The notes under the pieces: model-generated
What the model was told of the DNA's origin: nothing
The model's database searches: none
Seen by the model: only the letters and a program-made list of their open reading frames with translations
Shown here: positions 47,632 through 58,708 of the stretch, in pieces
Numbering within the stretch: the stretch's first letter is position 1
Layout of the letters: each line of letters begins with the position of its first letter
DNA from: Hyaloraphidium curvatum SAG 235-1
Lineage: Eukaryota > Fungi > Monoblepharomycota
Length of the DNA: 64,000 bases
Reading direction: 5' to 3'
Assembly: GCA_025558095.1 (NCBI GenBank)
Contig: JAIVFI010000009.1
Coordinates: 558,001-622,000 of the forward strand
Made by a program: the position numbers and the translations under genes

Positions 47632-49225
47632 ATGGAGCTTGCGGACGCCGCCGTGGGGGACAAACCGCTGATCGGAGGCCTCGACACCCGGGAATGGCTC
47701 TGCATCCTGCCCGCACCGGTCGTACTTCGCGCCGAGGTTGGCGAACGTGCGCCCGAGGACCCGGCGGCGGATGCCAGGGCTGCGGACCCGCTGGGACCCG
47801 CGGCGGTGCTGGACGCGGCCTCGTCGGACGCTTTGCTGCTGTTCTTGACCCGTGTGTCGCTGGCGCTTGCGCCCTTTGCCTCACGAGGCATCCTTCGCGT
47901 GGCTAGTACAAACGTCATCTTGTCCCTCCTGACGGCTCTGCTGTGGACCGAAGGGAGGGGAATGTTCGGCACGACTCAGATAGCAGCAACCACTGCCGTC
48001 TTCGTCTTCGAAACGCTCGTCTTCGGGTTTATTCTTCCTCTGGCACTCATCTTCGCAGCACCGAGTACCGCAACCTCAAAAGCGCCTGAATCCGGAACCG
48101 GTGCAAAGAATCCGGAACCGGAGAAGCACAGGAGCGGCTTTTTCCACGAGGGGACTCTAAGCACGTGGCCGGAGGCCGGCTTTTGGCGGTATCGTCAGTT
48201 GTGTAAAAGATCTTCCCAACCTCTGTTGTTCCTGAAACACATCGAAGACGACCATGATTGCTCTTGCCCTCGTTTACAGTGCGCGGGATCCATTGCAAAG
48301 CGTTCAGGAGTCGCTCGGCTGTCGGTTGTCACTTTGTTCTGGCTTTGGACTCTGGCTTACAACGTGTGCCGCCATTTTACGTTCTGGGTCACGCTTGGGC
48401 AATACCTCTGGTTCTCTCCTTGGGCCATAGCGGGTGTCCTGACCGTGATTGGACGGTTTACGGACGAGCTGACCACACTCGTTGGGGGGTCTGGGTTCAC
48501 TGACAATGTGGCTGTTCGCGACCTGGACAGACGGCTTCAGCTTCGTGCGGTGCGATCCTCCTTAGACGCCCTCGTAGCTCACTTCCGGGCCATGGTTGAC
48601 GCTGGTACCGAGAGCGCTGCCACGGATGCCGAGACGCAGTACGCCGAGCTGCTACCATTCCTTGCTTGTCGCTGGCGGCAAGACAACGTACTGCCCCAAT
48701 CGGCGGCGCTGTCAGTTGTGATCATCGTTACCGAGCTGACTGCCATCATCGTCTACGTTGTGAGTTGCCAGCGCGACGTTTCTCAGGGTTTTTCTCATCA
48801 ATCGATGATTGTAGACGACGGGCAGCTGCATTCCCATATACGCCGTTCTTTTCGGCGCCTTTGGCCTCGTCATCCTCGGAGTCGCCCTCACCAACGCGGT
48901 GGTCGGCAACGCCCGCATCACGCAGACCTCGGCGCTGCTCCGATCCGCCGCCCTCTCGCTGCGGCGCCTCATCGTCGCAGCCGAAGCCGCGCAGCCGCCC
49001 ACGCCGGCATCCGACCGCCTGGCAAGGCGGATCGCATCGCACGTCGCAGTGCTCTCGGAGCTCGCCGAGGTGCGCGGCGCAGAGGCGAGGCTGCTGGGCG
49101 CTCCCGTCACGGGCGGGCTGGCGAGGAGGCTGCTCGCGGGGACGCTGACTGCCTGCTTTGCGGCGTGGACGGTGCTGAGGGCCACGGGCGTGACGGTTAC
49201 GATTCAGAACGTGTGCCCGTCATGA
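47632..49225 (+). CDS. Orphan ~7-TM membrane protein, candidate gustatory-receptor-like (GRL)
   Basis: Two exons (47632-48759 and 48815-49225; GTGAGT..TAG intron) give about 512 aa with about 7 hydrophobic segments. The gene is well supported; the family call is inference. Confidence 0.65.
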
Positions 49226-49326
49226 GTTGCCTAGTAAATGACGAAAGTGAGATGGGAGCTTCCATCTGACGACGACGCCTCATACGGGCGCACTCGCCAC
49301 CCGTCTCCCCGGACATCCGGCCGACA

Positions 49327-50527
49327 ATGTCACCCCAAGCGCAGGCGGTCCGTCCGCCCTCCTCGGCACCGCATCGCCGCTTCCTGACCCCGTGCTTTGC
49401 AGCAGCCCCCGCTCCCGCCCATCGGCCGGGCCCCGGCCTACTTCAAAAACCTGCGCGAGCACTTCCGCACCATGGGCGGCGGCCGCGTCCACTTCTCCGT
49501 GCCGGAGAAGGGCGTCGCGCTGATCGAGCTGGACAGTGCGTGTTTCTCCCCGCGCGGCGTGCCGGGAACGGGCTGATTGTTCGGTGGGGGCAGACCCGAA
49601 GAAGGCCAACGCGTTCGACGGCCGGATGGCGGCCGAGGTCGCGGACGCCGTGGACAGGCTCGAGGCGCTGCTCGGGATCACGCGGGGGGACAAGATTCTG
49701 GACGAGAAGGAGGACCAGGCGCTGGAGAAGGCAAAGAGCGAGGGGAAGGACCTCGTGGCCGTCATCGTGGCGGGGAGGGGGAAGAACTTCAGCGGGGGGT
49801 TCGGTGGGTCTCCTCACCTCGTGCTGAGGGGAGGAAGGTGCTTACACGTGAGGATGTGGCAGATTTCGACACCTCGGGCCGCTCCCAGGCAACGGGCCGC
49901 CAGATGAACCTGCTGATGGCTGACTCGCTGTACCGGCTCAAGTCGCTGCCCATCATCTCGGTCGCCGCGGTCAACGGCGTGGCGATCGGGGGCGGGGCCG
50001 AGTTCACGACGGCGTGCGATTGGAGGGTGATGGCGTCAGACGCGCAGATCAAGTTCTTCACGGTGCGTCCGCGGCTGTGCGACGGGACCGACCGCGGGGC
50101 TGACGCCCCGGACCTGCAGATGAAGATGTCGGTCGCGACCGTCTGGGGCGCCGGAACCTACCTCCCCCGCATCGTCCCCCCGATCCAGGCCCTGCGGCTC
50201 ATATCCTCCACCCTCCCAAATCGGGCCGCCGACGCGTTTGCCGTCGGCCTCGCGCAGCACGTGGCGCCCCCGGGCCAAGACGCCGTCAAGGCGGCGCTCG
50301 CGTTCCTCCATCCCGTGATCTTCTTCGATTCCCCGAAGGAGACGGCGCGGCATACCGTCGACGCCGTCAGGGAGATCAAGGCGTGCATGCTGCGCGCCAA
50401 CGGCGGGGAGGAGGCGATGCGGGGGGAGCTGGAGAAGGAGATGGCGGTGGTCGCGCGGCTGTGGGGGGCGCCGGCCAACTGGGCGGCTGTGCAGAGGAGG
50501 GGTAAGGCGCCGACTGCCAAGCTGTGA
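49327..50527 (+). CDS. ECHDC1: Crotonase-fold enzyme, ethylmalonyl-CoA decarboxylase-like; PTS1 -AKL
   Basis: GGGRVHF..GVALIEL..PKKANAFDGRM, NFSGG, LPIISVAAVNGVAIGGGAEFTTACDWR, MKMSVATVWGAGT; 4 introns; ends PTAKL*. Confidence 0.8.
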
Positions 50528-50738
50528 ATGTGCGCGGGGGCGGGAGGCGTTGACCGGGCGGAGCGGCGGGAGGGCTGCCGGCCCCCAGGCTGCGAATGCT
50601 GGCCACGGTGTGAATGCTGGGCTAGCTGCGAATGCCGGGCCAGGTGAAGAGGCCGTTTTGGGGATGGACTCGAACCCGCTGATTCCAGGCCGCGCCGATC
50701 CCGCTGATCCGAAACCCACACCACGCAAGCTTTACGCG

Positions 50739-51311
50739 ATGTCCGGCAGCCCCCTCGTCGTCGCGGGCCTCGTGCTGCTGTCGCTCGCTGTCGTCGGGTA
50801 CGCCTTCTACACGTCGCTGGAGCGCGAGTTCCTGCAGCCGGAGGGGACGTGGGAGGTGCGTGTTGCCTGCTGTGCCGGAGAGTCTCCCGCTGACCCCTCC
50901 GAGCAGGCCGGGCGGCGCACGCGGCGGTCTCAGCCGGGCAACGGCCCGCCGTCCGAGGCGCGGCGCGGGCGCGACGGCGCGGTGCGGCGGCGGCGCGGCG
51001 GCGACCCGCACGCCCCGCCGTCGGAGCGCGCGGGCCTGGACTCCTCGGACGACTCCGACGCCGAGGCGCACTTCGCACCCCCCGCCTCCGACTCGCGCCG
51101 CGCCTCGCCCGGCCCGGCGTCGCCCGCCGCAGGGCCCATCTTCCTGCCGACTCTGCTGACATCGGCTCCCCCGGACTCCCCCGAGGAGGACCCGCCCGCG
51201 GAGCTGCGCTCGCTCGCAGGCGTCTCCGAGGCGGGCAGGGAGACCGAGGCGTCGGACGACGAGTGGACGGACCTCGCTGAGGGGCTGGGGGAGTCGGTGC
51301 TGGGGCGGTGA
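50739..51311 (+). CDS. Small N-terminally membrane-anchored disordered protein with C-terminal AIM/LIR
   Basis: TM PLVVAGLVLLSLAVVGYAFY; 51-nt intron 50856-50906; P/S/D-rich tail with SDDEWTDL. Confidence 0.65.
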   Translation: MSGSPLVVAGLVLLSLAVVGYAFYTSLEREFLQPEGTWEVRVACCAGESPADPSEQAGRRTRRSQPGNGPPSEARRGRDGAVRRRRGGDPHAPPSERAGLDSSDDSDAEAHFAPPASDSRRASPGPASPAAGPIFLPTLLTSAPPDSPEEDPPAELRSLAGVSEAGRETEASDDEWTDLAEGLGESVLGR

Positions 51312-52037
51312 TCTTTACGCCGCTCACCGCACCCGCGTGGAGCTGGTCCAAGGTCGGGGGGAATCATGGGGGATCGTGGGAAGATGCTGTTTCTCGGGTT
51401 GCGGACCACGCCGGCCCGGAAACCAAGGAGATCTACGCGGGGCGGGGGACCCCAAGCAGTGGGGACCCGGTGTGCCCCGGTCGCGGCACAAGGAAGACCC
51501 GCCGACCGGGGCCCCGGGCAATGTACAGCACGCCGCCGCTTGCCGGCGGCGGGATACCGGAGGAGGGGGTGCCGTTTGCGTTTCGAAACCGTTCAGGGAA
51601 GCTCGGACCGGGGGTCGTATGCCGTTTAGTGTAATCGCACTGCCGTGCCTCAACAGGCTGCATGTTTCGCATCTTTTTGCCGACATCCCGTGCGGTGCGG
51701 GGGCGTGCCGTTCGCGGCGAGTTCGGGGCACGGGACCGGGAACTCGTGGGGGACATTACCGCCAAGCTCGCCGTTCCCATCCAGATCACCCAGAGAGGGC
51801 TCCCGGAACCAACGATATTGGATGAGAGATGCGGCAATGTACCGTCTGGACAGCCAGAGCCTCGATTTCCCACACCGAAGATCGGTGATTCGTCAGCGTG
51901 GCACTTCGACGGGTCCCTGCACCGCCCGGAATCTCGTCCCGGCCCCCCCCCCACCGCACTGCGCCGCGGACTCCGAGCTTCGCATTCGCGCGCCGCCCGT
52001 CCACCGCCCGCCCGCGCGCCGCAGCCCGCGGCGTGTC

Positions 52038-53144
52038 ATGCTCCGCGCGCTCCTCCGAACGCCGAGACGGCCTCAGGGGCATATCCCCACGCCCGCGTAC
52101 CGCGCTTCCCTGCCCGCCCCAACCCGTACCGCGCTCCGCTTCCGCTTTAGCTCGACGAGGTGCGAATGCCCTCCCGCTTGCCGCCCCCCGCGCCCGCTGA
52201 ACCCCGGAAAGCCGCCCGATGCCGCCCCCGAACCCCGCCATCCCGTTCGCGGTGCTCCGCAACGCCCACGAAGGGCTGCGTGCCGGGATCAAGGACATGG
52301 ACGAGAAGGTGGGCCGCGTGCCGGGCGGGCCGGAGCGTACGGTGGCTGATTGGCGGGGGACGGCGGCAGGTCGGCAAGCCGGCGCAGTTTGCGGAGGCGT
52401 GGAAGGAGTACCAGCGCGCTTTGGACGTGCACGCCGCGATGGAGGATTACGAGGTGCGTCCCTTCCCGCCTCGTCGCCCACCGGCCACGCTGACGGCGCC
52501 CGGATCACCCCCTTCCCCCCGCCCGAACGATGCCCCCCCGGACTCGGAAGGTCTTTGCCCTCCTCGACGAGCTGGGCAACAACGCCATAACCAACGAGCA
52601 CATCCGCGACGAGCACACCAAGGACGGCGAGCTGGTCGCGGCCGTGGACGCCGCGCTGGCCTCCGGCGACGCGGCGAAGCTCGCGGCCGAATTCGGCAAG
52701 TGGAAAACGTACCACCTCGACCATCTGGTGCACGAGGAGAAGGTGATGCCGCCGATCGTCGCCAAGCTGGGCGGGGGCACCGCCGAAGGCCGTGCGAGGG
52801 CGTTCTACGAGCGCGTGGTGCTACCGGCGGACCAGAGGAACCGGGAGGAGTTTGCCTTCATGATCGGTTGGATGGTCAAGCACGTGGGTCCTCCCGATCG
52901 CCGCGCCGGGACCCGGGACGGGTGCTGATCGGTCTGCGGGCAGATGTCGGCCAAGGGGAGCACGGCAAACACCCCCTCCACCGCCGTCCGCGTGTTCGCG
53001 CACGGCCTGCAGGCAGCGTCGTCGGCCGAGCAGTGGGCCGCTTATTTGCCCGTGATCAAGGCCAACTGCGCGCCCGAGATCTACGAGGAGATGAAGACCT
53101 TGTATGACATCGAGGCGCCGGGGCGGCAGGGTGCCGCGGCATGA
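52038..53144 (+). CDS. Hemerythrin-like (HHE) di-iron protein with mitochondrial presequence
   Basis: Ligand pattern NAHEGLR..VHAAMED..DEHTK..DHLVHEE (H, HxxxE, H, HxxxE). Exon 1 (MLRALLRTPRR...RFRFSSTS) is spliced via intron 52160-52211; 3 more introns. Confidence 0.8.
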
Positions 53145-53341
53145 GGGTGATCGGCGCCCGGGGTTTGGTGCGGTTGGCGACCCGACCGATCGATATGCAC
53201 GATGGTGCGGACGGGCCGAGCGCGGCGGTGTGTCGCGCTGCAAGCCGTTTGGAGTGTTTGGAGCGGACGGCGCGGCCGCAGACGGTGTTGTCACAGATCG
53301 CGATCCAATACATGGACACAGGTCGAATACAATCACTTCCA

Positions 53342-56237
53342 CTAGATCGACATGAAACTGGGAGCGACTACGAAATAGTAATTGTTCCCACTCCTCCGAA
53401 GCAGTTTGGTCCTGTCCTTTGCCCGGCGCCGCTCGGAGATGATACTGTGGATGTCGTCGAGAAGGGAGCGGTTAAAGACAAAGATGCTGTGCCGCACGGC
53501 GGACGCTGCGGGGCAGAACAGAAAGAACAAGTCAGCTCCTTCCTGGATGTTCCGCTTCGCGAATGGGTCCCACCGTTCGAGTCCAAAAACGACGAGTCGA
53601 TCACGTCCATGTCCAGCCACGCCTTGACGCGGGGCTCCTTGATTTTCATGGGCCCGCGGAACTTGGTGTTCTTGTCGAACTCGGGCTCGGCGCCGCCCGC
53701 GGCCGCGCCCGCACCGGCTTGCTTCAGGTCCCCCAGCGGGATGTCGACCGCCGTCGCCTCCCACTGGCCCGCCGCCAGGGCGGGCTTGGCCCCCGCCACG
53801 GCCGCCAGCTCCGACGTCGGCACCGTCTTGAGGTTGTGCGCCTGCCGCTTGACCGCCAGCCAGACCGGGGCCGACGTCAGGAGGTCCGAGAACTCGCCCC
53901 TCGCCTGCCGGACGAGATCGAACGACGAGCTCGCGCCGGGGTTCTCCCATGCGGGGTCGACAAAGTACGCCGCCGGGTTCCTGCCCATCATCAGCCGGCC
54001 CGTGAGCGTCTCGGCGAGCCCGAGGGCCTGGTCGGCCGTGTCGGTGTAGCTCGTGATGAGCCGAGTGTACTGCTTGAGCACGGGGAACTTGATCGAGATG
54101 AAGTCGACGAGGTCCAGCTCGCCGTGGATGAGGGTGAGGGATGCTAGCGTCGGAAGGGGCTTGGCAGGCTGGGGAACGGGAGATTCGGGGAGGGGGGCAA
54201 AGAGGTCCTCGATGAACTCGGTGATGTGGCACGACATGCGGCAGCCCATCCTGAAACAAAGGGGTGGCAGGTCAGGATTGGGCGATATCGGAGGGGAAGC
54301 AGACACCCACGAGTGCCCGATGATGTGGAAGGTCTTGAAGCCGATCCCGGTCAGCAACTTGATGCAGTCTCGGAGGTCGGCCTTCACGCCTTCACTCTTG
54401 GACATCCTCCTCACTTCGAAGAACGTAGCCCATGGGTACAGTCCGGCGGGCCCTGGGAGTCGGCGGTTAACACCTGGAACATTGGACTGACGATGCAAAC
54501 AGCCCACAGTCGAAAATGAACCACTTGATCGATGGGTCGTAGGCTGAGAGCGCCCTGAACTGCGAAATCTCGGAGATGGCCGTCTCGGCCGTGTTCCACA
54601 GCCCTTGGTGGTGGCACGGGGATCAGCCAAGGAACCCTTGGTCTGGGGAGCTACACACCGTGAATGTAGAGCACGCACTCCTCCTTGCTCGGCTCGCACG
54701 GTGGCCCCGCCAGCAGCTCCATCATCTTGGCCGTCGACGACGGCCCCGCGACCTCGGGCTCCATGAGCAGCGACACGATCGGCAGGCTCTTGAGGAACTT
54801 GCCCGCGATCGACACCTCGGCCGCGGCCACGGCCAGCGTGAGCCCGCGCGGGTCCCGCGCGGGTTTCAGGTTGCCGTCGTCCCACGCAGCGGCGTTGTTC
54901 CGGATCACGCCGATGCGGAGGGCGGTGAAGGCCGAGCCCGTGAAGGGCTCGGTGGAGGTGAAGGGGGCGGTGGGGATGCCGTCCTGGAAGTAGCCGATGA
55001 GCGACTCTCCGCGCTGGCTGTCGTCCACCCATTCCCCGAGCCCGTCCGGGCGGCCCTCATCGTTGACGTCGCCACGGTACGAGATGGTGTTGCGCTGGCC
55101 CCAGTACTCGGCGAAAGGGCGGAAGCTGTAAGTCCAACTGGGCCGACTTAGCCTGAACGCCGGCAAGCTTCGACAACGACGATATTGCTCACGGTTGGTC
55201 GGGGTTCTCCTTGATCTGAAAGATCCAAGCGACCATTTCGTCGGTGAGCCATCCCACGCGCAGCAGGTAGGGCGTGATGTGGTAGCGGACAACGACGAGG
55301 GTGATCAGCACGACGACGACAACGACGGCTGCCACAGTGAGTGTGATGAACCATGCCCGGTAGCGCGGATTATCGCGGGCACTGCCCCGATCAACGCCTT
55401 CCGCTGTAAAGACGATATTCAGGAGGAAGATGGCCAGGGCCTGCGGAGACCGATGAGATTGGCTCTTCTTGAACGCAGCCACGACCTCACCCAAAAGTCA
55501 ATTGTCAGGAACACGGCCTTGGTGAGCTCGCTCGCTTTGGAGTTGCTGACAAAGACGTAGGGTATGACGACGATGACGACAAAGTATAGGAGATACTGCT
55601 CGATGGTGATTTCGATGCTGCTGAGGCCCTGCGTGTTCCCTGTCTGGTTGACTGAATCCGACGTGTCAATGACCCGACGCGAGGAAGAGATGACAGCGCA
55701 CCCACTGGAAACGAGCCTCCAAATGAGAGCCGCAATGAAAGTGATGGCGATCGCCGCGAAGCAGAGCTTCCAGAGCTTGGACGTGGTCGTGCCCTCGAGG
55801 TACTCCCCGTTGCTCAGGCGGTCGATGGTTCGCCGCAGCATGTGCCGGAACGTCTTCATTATGTTGAGCTTGATGTCCGCCCTACCTCCGTCCTCGAACA
55901 CGGCCGCGGAGCCGGGATCGGCGTAGAACATCGCGGGGCCCTCATAATCAATGTCTGACAGCCCGTGCCGTTCCCGCCGCGCGGTGGGGTCCAGTTTGCC
56001 TAGCCGGTACCGCGTCGTGTGGACGTCGATGTCGAAGAAGGGGTAGTACGGCTTTCTGTCGCCCGCCAGGGTGGCGGTGGGCGTCGTTTCCAGCTTCGGG
56101 TTGCGGGCGAGCACGTCCGCGGGTAGGCCGCCCGCCCGGGCCGCGGCAGCGGCTCCCAGGTCCGCGTTGTTGGCGAGCACGCCGGCGGACAGGGCTCCCG
56201 CCGCCGGGGCGCCGACCACAGCGTCCGGCCCGTCCAT
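53342..56237 (-). CDS. Multi-TM protein fused to a DUF900-like alpha/beta hydrolase
   Basis: About 4 N-terminal TMs; YRGDVNDEGRPDGLGEWVDDSQRGESLIGYF; VLYIHG, FIFDWP, nucleophile IIGHSMG, ITSYTDTADQALGLAE, DMDVID, RHSIF; about 7 introns. Confidence 0.78.
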
Positions 56238-56474
56238 CGCGGGTCAACGGCCTCCGCCGAAGGTCCTTCGCTATAGGAGGTGTGCCTACGGCACCCGCAG
56301 ATCGAAGTGAGAGCCTTTTGAACCCGCGGGGGACGGAGTGAGTCCGGCCGCAGTCACCACCGGCCCGGCCAAGCCCGAAGCGCACTTCACATACGACTCG
56401 ATCCGTCCACCTGTCTTTTGCCAAGCTTCAAAACGAGATGCGACTGCATTTCGACGTCAAACTCCAGCTGATCG

Positions 56475-57533
56475 TCACTCGCCCTTCCCCTTCCATCCCA
56501 CCGCCTTGGTCCCCGGCCCCCCCGCCCGCGGCCCCTCGATCGCGGCGATCATCCACCTAGTAAACGCCGGGGCCACGGCATACAGGATCCTCACAAACCC
56601 TGTCGAAGACGGAAACGGCGCATCCGCCACCCCAGTAATCCCCGCGCGGATCATGGCCAGCGCCGCCTCGGTCGGGTCCGCTGCCATCTCGAGCGCGCGC
56701 CGCTGCCCCGTCCGCGTGAGCGCATCCACGAGGACCTGCGTCCGTACAGCAGCAAAGGTGACCACAGAGACGGAGACGGGAACGCCGGCGGCGGAGAGTT
56801 CCAGGCCCAGGCAGCCGAACCAGCTCTCGATGGCGGCCTTGGAGGCCGCGTAGCCGTGCGTGAACTCGAAGGGGATCCGTGCGGAGAGGGAGGAGACGAC
56901 GGTGATGCCCGATCGGGCGATCAGGTCGTAAAAGCCCGGGTGATAGGGCGACAGGGGGCCGCGGGCAAGGTAGCCTCGGATCCGGCCAAAGAGGGTCGGC
57001 CTGGGCTTGAGGGTCTCCTCCACCCGGACATCAGCGTTCTTCCGCAGGAACGGCAGGGCCGCCGTGGCGGCCTCCACGTAGCCCAAATAGTTGACTTCGG
57101 CGTGCTTCCGCGCCCGCCCTAGGAGGTCCGTCTGGGGGTCCAGCATCGCGCTATACTCGGGCAGCGTGTGCACGAGAAAGAGATGGTCCAATCCGTTGCC
57201 GCCAAGTTGCCTCTCGGCCTCCTCGATCATCGCGCGCGACGACCCGGCCTGCCCGGCGTCGAATGGAACCGACGCAAACAGCCGCGGGCCGCCCGCGACG
57301 CCGATCCCGGTCTCCTTCGCGCGGCGGACGATTTCCTCGCACTCCCTGCGCGTCTCGTCGGGCGGCGCGATGTCCGCTAGGGCCACATGCACGCCGTGGA
57401 GGGCCAGGAGCAGGGCGGCGATGCGGCCAACGCCGCGATTCGCGCCGGTGACCACGGCGCGCTTCCCGGCCAGCGGCAGGACGAATTCGCCCTTGAAGTG
57501 CTTCGAGATGTCCTCGATGGACGGCGTGGCCAT
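56475..57533 (-). CDS. Short-chain dehydrogenase/reductase (11beta-HSD-like)
   Basis: VVTGANRGVG, EVNYLGY, VVSS, YAASK; intronless. Confidence 0.9.
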   Translation of the reverse strand: MATPSIEDISKHFKGEFVLPLAGKRAVVTGANRGVGRIAALLLALHGVHVALADIAPPDETRRECEEIVRRAKETGIGVAGGPRLFASVPFDAGQAGSSRAMIEEAERQLGGNGLDHLFLVHTLPEYSAMLDPQTDLLGRARKHAEVNYLGYVEAATAALPFLRKNADVRVEETLKPRPTLFGRIRGYLARGPLSPYHPGFYDLIARSGITVVSSLSARIPFEFTHGYAASKAAIESWFGCLGLELSAAGVPVSVSVVTFAAVRTQVLVDALTRTGQRRALEMAADPTEAALAMIRAGITGVADAPFPSSTGFVRILYAVAPAFTRWMIAAIEGPRAGGPGTKAVGWKGKGE

Positions 57534-57589
57534 TTCCAGGCCGCGAAATGGGCGAAGATTGGGATCCGTTGAACGAGAACAAAGTAGTG

Positions 57590-57599
57590 ATCACGTGAC
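57590..57599. promoter_or_regulatory. E-box (ATCACGTGAC; Cbf1/bHLH-type) in a 141-bp bidirectional promoter
   Basis: Palindromic TCACGTGA lies midway between the divergent SDR and SPC24 start codons. Function is not demonstrated. Confidence 0.3.
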
Positions 57600-57674
57600 C
57601 AGCCTTCCGCAACTTCTTGCTGCTGAATTCGCCCCGTGCTGCTGTCTGTCTGTGCCGCCGTTGGCCTGCCCGCC

Positions 57675-58524
57675 ATGCTGTCCGCGTCGGCGTCGCTCGC
57701 CGAGCCACAGGAGATCCTCGTGCAGACCGCGCAGACGTTCGCCGACGCGCGCGCGTCCGACCCGGCCGCCATCGCGTCGGTCGGCGAGAAGCTGCTGAAG
57801 CTCGAGGAGCAGCGGAAGCGGTGGACCGAGGACGCCGCGGATAAAGTCAGGGGTGGGCGGCGTGCCATTCCCCCCTCGCCCCGCCTGACCTCTCCGCCTG
57901 TTCTGTTGCCCAACTCTGTTTCCCGTTCCTCGGCGGATCATTCGACCTTCGGGGCTGCTTCCTGCCAATTTCTTCAAACTTGTTACGCGTTTAGCCCTCA
58001 CGTATCGGCTGGAGCTTGCCCGCGCGCGAGCCGTGCGCCCGTCGTCGGCGACAACCCCCGAGGACCACGCCCTGCTCGTCGCCCGGCTCAAGGGCGAGCT
58101 GCTCGCCGCGGAGCAGCGCGTGGAGGACCAGGAGACCGCGCTGGCCGAGGCCGAGGCGCGGTTGGAAAGAGCCGCGGAGGAGGAGGAGGCGGTGCGCGCC
58201 GCCAAGGAGGACGAGGAGGCCGGCGGTGCCGACGCCGCGGATCCGGTGATGTGGGTCGGCGCACCTGCCTGTTTCCGCATGGTTTTGGGTAACGCCTGCG
58301 CCGTTTGCAGCCTCAAGCTCGAGATCTACCGCTCCCTCGGCATGGAGCTCCTCACCCCCGACCCCGAGCCCGGCACGGAGCCGTCCCCGGACGAACCCGT
58401 TGTTTTCCACCGCGCCCTGGTGCGGTCGAAGCAGGCGCTGCACAGCGTGGAGCTGCACGCGCCGACAGACCCCGCGGACGAGTTTGCGAAGGTCAACCAG
58501 CTGTGGTCGCTGTTGGGCGAATAG
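57675..58524 (+). CDS. SPC24: Kinetochore Ndc80-complex subunit Spc24
   Basis: N-terminal coiled coil followed by LKLEIYRSLGMEL...VNQLWSLL, the Spc24 globular-domain signature; 2 introns. Confidence 0.8.
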
Positions 58525-58708
58525 GGGCGGAGCCAGGGCGGAATGAGGAGGCAGAGATGATACCCGTGATTGTTCTTTTGATTACTGTACATGCTTGTCG
58601 ACGACACAGGTGCAACGCCTCGTCCGATCGCCAGGGAAATGATATCGATCGCGTCTGCGGCCGCCGCTCCCAGTGAAGTCTCTATCTCCTCGTCGCTCGC
58701 GCCTACAC

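Noticed and set aside
50585-50642. Degenerate GCTGCGAATGC(T/C)GG repeats after the crotonase gene
   Set aside because: Short, imperfect intergenic repeats with no structural or functional support.
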